A DNA stretch of 64,000 nucleotides from Terriglobia bacterium (GTDB taxonomy: Bacteria; Acidobacteriota; Terriglobia; JAJPHL01; JAPKYU01), in contig CBDBKE010000004.1 in the NCBI GenBank assembly GCA_965206645.1, positions 2,112,001-2,176,000 on the forward strand, read 5' to 3'. A model generated the notes under the pieces. The model worked only from the letters and a program-made list of their open reading frames with translations, made no database searches and was not told the DNA's origin. This document shows positions 60,116-64,000 of the stretch, piece after piece. Each line of letters starts with the position of its first letter. Positions within the stretch are counted from its first letter, which is position 1. A program made the position numbers and the translations under genes.

Positions 60116-60847
60116 TCAACCGCCGTCGAGTATGCGACGCCGCGTCGGATGGGGCAGCTTTTCGCAGGCAATGCGAAGGAGGAGGCGCGGCGCCCGCTGC
60201 CGGACACGCTGCAAGTAGGACACCACGGGCTGGCGTCTCACCTGGCTAGCTTCCTTCAGCAGCCAGCCAACGGCCTTTTGCACCATGTCGTCGTCATCCT
60301 GCAGAAGTCGATCGGACAAGCGCAAAGTCTGCTTTGTATACATGCCCCGCCGGGCAGCGAGGACCAGGGAGACAGCCGCCGCACGACGGTGCCAACGATT
60401 CTTTGACTTTGCCCAGCGAAAGACGCTGCCGAGTCGCGCAGAGTCGGCCGCAATCATCCGACCTAGCAGCGCGGTGCAGAACACGTCACAGGCGGCCCAA
60501 TTGCGGATGTGCGGCAGCCAGCGCTCCAAGCGCCGAAACTCGGCCGAGCCAAATTGGTGCACCGACGGTTGCAGCAAAGCCACTCCCAGAACTGCCTCTT
60601 CCAGCGTGGGTCCGGCGAACAGTTTTCCATCTACGTCCAGCAGCAGGTCGGAATCGCCCGTGGCCAATATCTCCCGCCGCAGCCTCCCCGCCAGTTTTCT
60701 GACTTCAGCCGTGCGCCAGCCATGGGCCCGCACCGGCTCCTTGAAAAACCGCTGCATCTGTTGCGCAAAGGCCGGCGACGCCTTGCTCCGAAGCTCACGG
60801 CGCGTGGCGCGAACCAACTGTTCTGCCCGTTTCATGAGCAATCTCAT
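60116..60847 (-). CDS. DNA alkylation repair protein (AlkD-like HEAT repeat)
   Basis: NWAACD, WHRRAA, DDMVQKAVGWLLKE. Confidence 0.88.
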   Translation of the reverse strand: MRLLMKRAEQLVRATRRELRSKASPAFAQQMQRFFKEPVRAHGWRTAEVRKLAGRLRREILATGDSDLLLDVDGKLFAGPTLEEAVLGVALLQPSVHQFGSAEFRRLERWLPHIRNWAACDVFCTALLGRMIAADSARLGSVFRWAKSKNRWHRRAAAVSLVLAARRGMYTKQTLRLSDRLLQDDDDMVQKAVGWLLKEASQVRRQPVVSYLQRVRQRAPRLLLRIACEKLPHPTRRRILDGG

Positions 60848-60937
60848 GGGCAACCTTATGCCATGGAGGCCCAGATCTGGCAAGCGAACATAATTCCGTT
60901 TCGGGACTCCTCCGGCTAGCCGCGTTACAATCAAACT

Positions 60938-61372
60938 GTGACGGCCCGGTACGAGATCCTGGAGCATCCAGCCGACGTTGGGCTGCTGGCCCGCGGGGCT
61001 TCGCTGGCTGAGATGTTCGAGAACGCAGCAGCAGGAATGATGGAGATTGCCGTCGAGCCGGCCGGCGTCGCTGAGCGCGAACAGAAGCGCATCGTGGCCG
61101 AAGCCCTGGACCGCGAGGCGCTGCTGGTAAATTTCCTCCAAGAGGTACTGTGGTTGGTGGATGGCGAAGGCTGGCTAGCCCGCCGCGTGGCGGTCACCCA
61201 AATCAGCGACACCCGCGTCTCGGCGACTGCCTTCGGCGAGCCGCGCAACGCGGCTCGCCACGCCATGCGGCTGATCATTAAGGCCGTCACCTATCACCAG
61301 CTTTCAGTGCGCCAGCAGTCCGAAGGCCAGCAGTCGGAAAGATGGAGGGTGGAGGTCTACTTCGACATATGA
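60938..61372 (+). CDS. Archease
   Basis: EHPADVG, IKAVTYH, C-terminal FDI. Confidence 0.93.
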   Translation: MTARYEILEHPADVGLLARGASLAEMFENAAAGMMEIAVEPAGVAEREQKRIVAEALDREALLVNFLQEVLWLVDGEGWLARRVAVTQISDTRVSATAFGEPRNAARHAMRLIIKAVTYHQLSVRQQSEGQQSERWRVEVYFDI

Positions 61373-62817
61373 TCCCCCGCGAAAAAATTCAGAAACTGGA
61401 CGACTACCGCTACCTGATCCCGCGCGACACGCGGCCCGGGATGCGAACCGATGCGCTGGTCTACACCGACGCCGGCCTGCTGGAGCACATCGTGAAGGAC
61501 CTGTCGCTGGAGCAGGCGGTGAACGTGGCCACGCTGCCCGGCATTGTGGGCCGGTCGCTGGCTATGCCCGACATCCACCAGGGCTACGGCTTTCCCATCG
61601 GCGGGGTGGTTGCCACCGACTGGCACGAGGGCGTGGTCTCGCCCGGCGGCGTGGGCTTCGACATCAATTGTGGGGTGCGCCTGCTCGGCACCTCGCTGAG
61701 CCAGCAGGACGTGCGGCCCCGCCTGCGGGAGCTGGTGCTGCAACTGTTTCGCGACGTGCCCTGCGGTACGGGCGGCCAGGGCCACGTCAAGCTGTCGACG
61801 GCTGAGCTGGACCACCTGCTGGTCCGCGGCGCGCAGTGGATGGTGGAGCATGGGTACGGTCAGGGCGCCGACGCCGAGTTCACCGAGTCGGGCGGGGCGC
61901 TGGCGGCGGCCGACCCTGCCAAGGTCTCCGAACGCGCCCACCAACGCGGCCGCCCACAGGTGGGCACGCTGGGCAGCGGCAACCACTTCCTGGAGGTGCA
62001 GTTCGTCCAGCGCATCCTTGATCAGCAAGCGGCCGAGGCGCTGGGCCTGGTGCAAGACCAAGTGGTGGTGCTCATCCACAGCGGCTCGCGCGGCTTCGGT
62101 CACCAGGTCTGCACCGACTACGTAAAGCTGATGCACGGCGCCATGCAGAAGTACGACATCAAGCTGCCCGACCGGCAACTGGCTTGCGCGCCCATCCAGT
62201 CACCCGAAGGCCAGGACTACCTGGGGGCCATGGCGGCGGCGGCCAACTACGCCTGGGCCAACCGCCAGGGCATCACCCACTTCACGCGCAAGGCGATCCA
62301 GCGGCTGTTCGGCGAGCAGACCCCGGTGCGGGTGATCTATGACGTGGCCCACAACATCGCCAAGCGCGAACGCTACGTGGTGGAGGGTGAGCGCGAGCCG
62401 CGCGATGTGCTGGTGCACCGCAAGGGCGCCACCCGCGCCTTCCCGGCCGGCAACCCGGAAATCCCGGCGCGCTACCGCCACGTTGGCCAGCCGGTGCTGA
62501 TCCCCGGGAGCATGGGCACCGCCTCCTACGTGCTGGTGGGGGCGGAAGGGGCGATGCGCGAGACCTTCGGCAGCGTCTGCCACGGCGCCGGGCGCATGAT
62601 GAGCCGCACCGCCGCCAAGAAAGGCCGCAACGCAAGGGAAGTGCAGCAGGCTCTGGAGGAGCAGGGCATCCTGGTGAAGAGCGAGACGCGCGACGGCATC
62701 CTGGAGGAGATCCCGGAAGCTTACAAGGATATTGACGCCGTCGTCGACGTGGTGCACAACGCCGGCCTGGCCAAGAAAGTGGCGCGCCTGCGCCCGATGG
62801 GCGTCATCAAAGGCTGA
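61369..62817 (+). CDS. rtcB: RNA-splicing/repair ligase RtcB
   Basis: PDIHQGYGFPIGG, DINCG, GNHFLE, HSGSRG, HRKGAT, HGAGR, YKD; ATGA overlap with archease. Confidence 0.97.
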   Translation: MIPREKIQKLDDYRYLIPRDTRPGMRTDALVYTDAGLLEHIVKDLSLEQAVNVATLPGIVGRSLAMPDIHQGYGFPIGGVVATDWHEGVVSPGGVGFDINCGVRLLGTSLSQQDVRPRLRELVLQLFRDVPCGTGGQGHVKLSTAELDHLLVRGAQWMVEHGYGQGADAEFTESGGALAAADPAKVSERAHQRGRPQVGTLGSGNHFLEVQFVQRILDQQAAEALGLVQDQVVVLIHSGSRGFGHQVCTDYVKLMHGAMQKYDIKLPDRQLACAPIQSPEGQDYLGAMAAAANYAWANRQGITHFTRKAIQRLFGEQTPVRVIYDVAHNIAKRERYVVEGEREPRDVLVHRKGATRAFPAGNPEIPARYRHVGQPVLIPGSMGTASYVLVGAEGAMRETFGSVCHGAGRMMSRTAAKKGRNAREVQQALEEQGILVKSETRDGILEEIPEAYKDIDAVVDVVHNAGLAKKVARLRPMGVIKG

Positions 62818-62857
62818 ATTGCGGAATTAGCAGGATAAACCGGCGCGGGAGGTCCGT

Positions 62858-63679
62858 ATGGGAAAGCTGGCACCGACCTGGCAACTGGCCAAGGTGAGCT
62901 GGGGGGTGCTGCGCGCCGACAAGGAGCTGCTCCTGCTGCCTGTGCTGTCGGCCATTTGCGCTGTACTCGTTTCGGCTACTTTCTTTATTCCACTCATCTG
63001 GATGCCGCAAGAGGCAACCGAAGGGGAACCGGGCTTCTGGGTCTATCTGGGCGTGTTCCTGTTTTACTTCGTCAACTACTTCGTGATGATCTTCTTTAAC
63101 ACTGCGCTGATCGGCGCCACCACCATTCGCCTGCAAGGCGGTGACCCAACCCTGGGTCAAGGCCTCAGCTTCGCCTGGCAAAACCTGGGCCGCATTGCCC
63201 AGTGGGCCGTGGTGGCTGCCACGGTGGGCATGATCCTGAAACTGATCGAGCGACGGGTAGCCGCGCTGGGCAGGCTGATCATCAACCTGATTGGTGTCGC
63301 CTGGACGCTGGCCACCTATTTCGTGGTGCCGGTGATGGTCTGCGAAAAGCTGGGGCCCATTGAGGGCGTCAAGCGCTCAGCCTTGATGTTCCGCCAGACC
63401 TGGGGTGAGCGCCTGGTCAGTGCGGTCAGCTTCGGGCTGCTGTTTTTCCTGCTTGCCATCCCGGCGTTCGTGGTCCCGGTGCTGGCTGGGTTGTTGCTGG
63501 GCGGCACCGCTTTTCTCGTGATGTTCAGCGTCGCGGTCCTCTACCTGATCCTGCTAGCGGTGGTCAGCGCGGCACTGAACGGTGTGTTCGTGGCGGCGCT
63601 CTACCAGTACGCCACCACCGGCCAGGCCTCGGGCCCGTTCACCCCACAATTGCTCAACTCCGCCTGGAGACCACGGTAG
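62858..63679 (+). CDS. Conserved membrane protein (DUF6159-like)
   Basis: DKELLLLP, KRSALMFRQTWGE, ALYQYA; about 6 TM segments; GGAGG RBS. Confidence 0.75.
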   Translation: MGKLAPTWQLAKVSWGVLRADKELLLLPVLSAICAVLVSATFFIPLIWMPQEATEGEPGFWVYLGVFLFYFVNYFVMIFFNTALIGATTIRLQGGDPTLGQGLSFAWQNLGRIAQWAVVAATVGMILKLIERRVAALGRLIINLIGVAWTLATYFVVPVMVCEKLGPIEGVKRSALMFRQTWGERLVSAVSFGLLFFLLAIPAFVVPVLAGLLLGGTAFLVMFSVAVLYLILLAVVSAALNGVFVAALYQYATTGQASGPFTPQLLNSAWRPR

Positions 63680-63932
63680 CAGCATGAGGCCAAGATCCTG
63701 CTCGCCCTGACGCTGGTGATCGGCGCAGTGGTTGCGTTGGTGGTGGGTGGCTTCATCCTGGTAACGAGCAACCCAGGGCCGCGCGCACGGAATTCTGCGG
63801 GCCGTCGAGCGTCGTGGACGAACCTTTGGCCCGCGTGCTTGCGCGCCTGGAGCAGCGATGACGCGACTGGTCCTGCGTTGATCGGGAAAATGGTATAAGA
63901 GTAGCGTAAGGATTTCGCTCGGGAGAAATAGC

Positions 63933-64000
63933 ATGCGGGCACTCGTGACCGGGGGTACCGGGTTCATCGGACGGCGGTTGGTGAAGAACCTTACGCGCCC
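63933..64000 (+). CDS. NAD-dependent epimerase/dehydratase family protein (5' end only)
   Basis: MRALVTGGTGFIGRRLV Rossmann motif; GGAG RBS. Confidence 0.8.
   Translation, partial: MRALVTGGTGFIGRRLVKNLTR

Noticed and set aside
1-64000. CRISPR array or cas genes
   Set aside because: No regularly spaced repeat-spacer array is present; the 28-bp sites are irregularly spaced and inverted, and no cas motifs were seen.

Overview
High-GC bacterial chromosome segment, most likely Acidobacteriota (carboxypeptidase-domain TonB-dependent receptor, acidobacterial VWA and TIGR03437-type proteins, Ser/Thr kinase-beta-propeller proteins). Left part (about 1.5-20.5 kb): a decayed genomic island next to an intact tRNA-Val(GAC) and a 5'-truncated tyrosine integrase. 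It holds orphan 3' halves of three other tRNAs (Arg-CCG, Ala-GGC, Thr-CGT), an integron-integrase C-terminal remnant with two attC-like hairpins, fragments of terminase, HU/IHF, kinase, TPR and DUF420 genes, an MFS pseudogene and a small sugar/nucleoside catabolic cluster. It also carries a recurring 28-bp 11-6-11 Xer/dif-like site in alternating orientation between gene modules. Right part (about 20.8-64 kb): mostly housekeeping backbone (tonB, ileS-lspA-lgt-rluD, recA, pfk, prfA, lctP, galU, ffh-rpsP-khpA-rimM-trmD-rplS-rnhB, tpx, HIT, archease-rtcB), plus a frameshifted kinase-propeller gene and a lower-GC HEPN-like gene after prfA. Short tandem duplications (8-30 bp) occur across the window, in-frame within genes and out-of-frame at gene ends or between genes. 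All calls are by eye; no database search was run.
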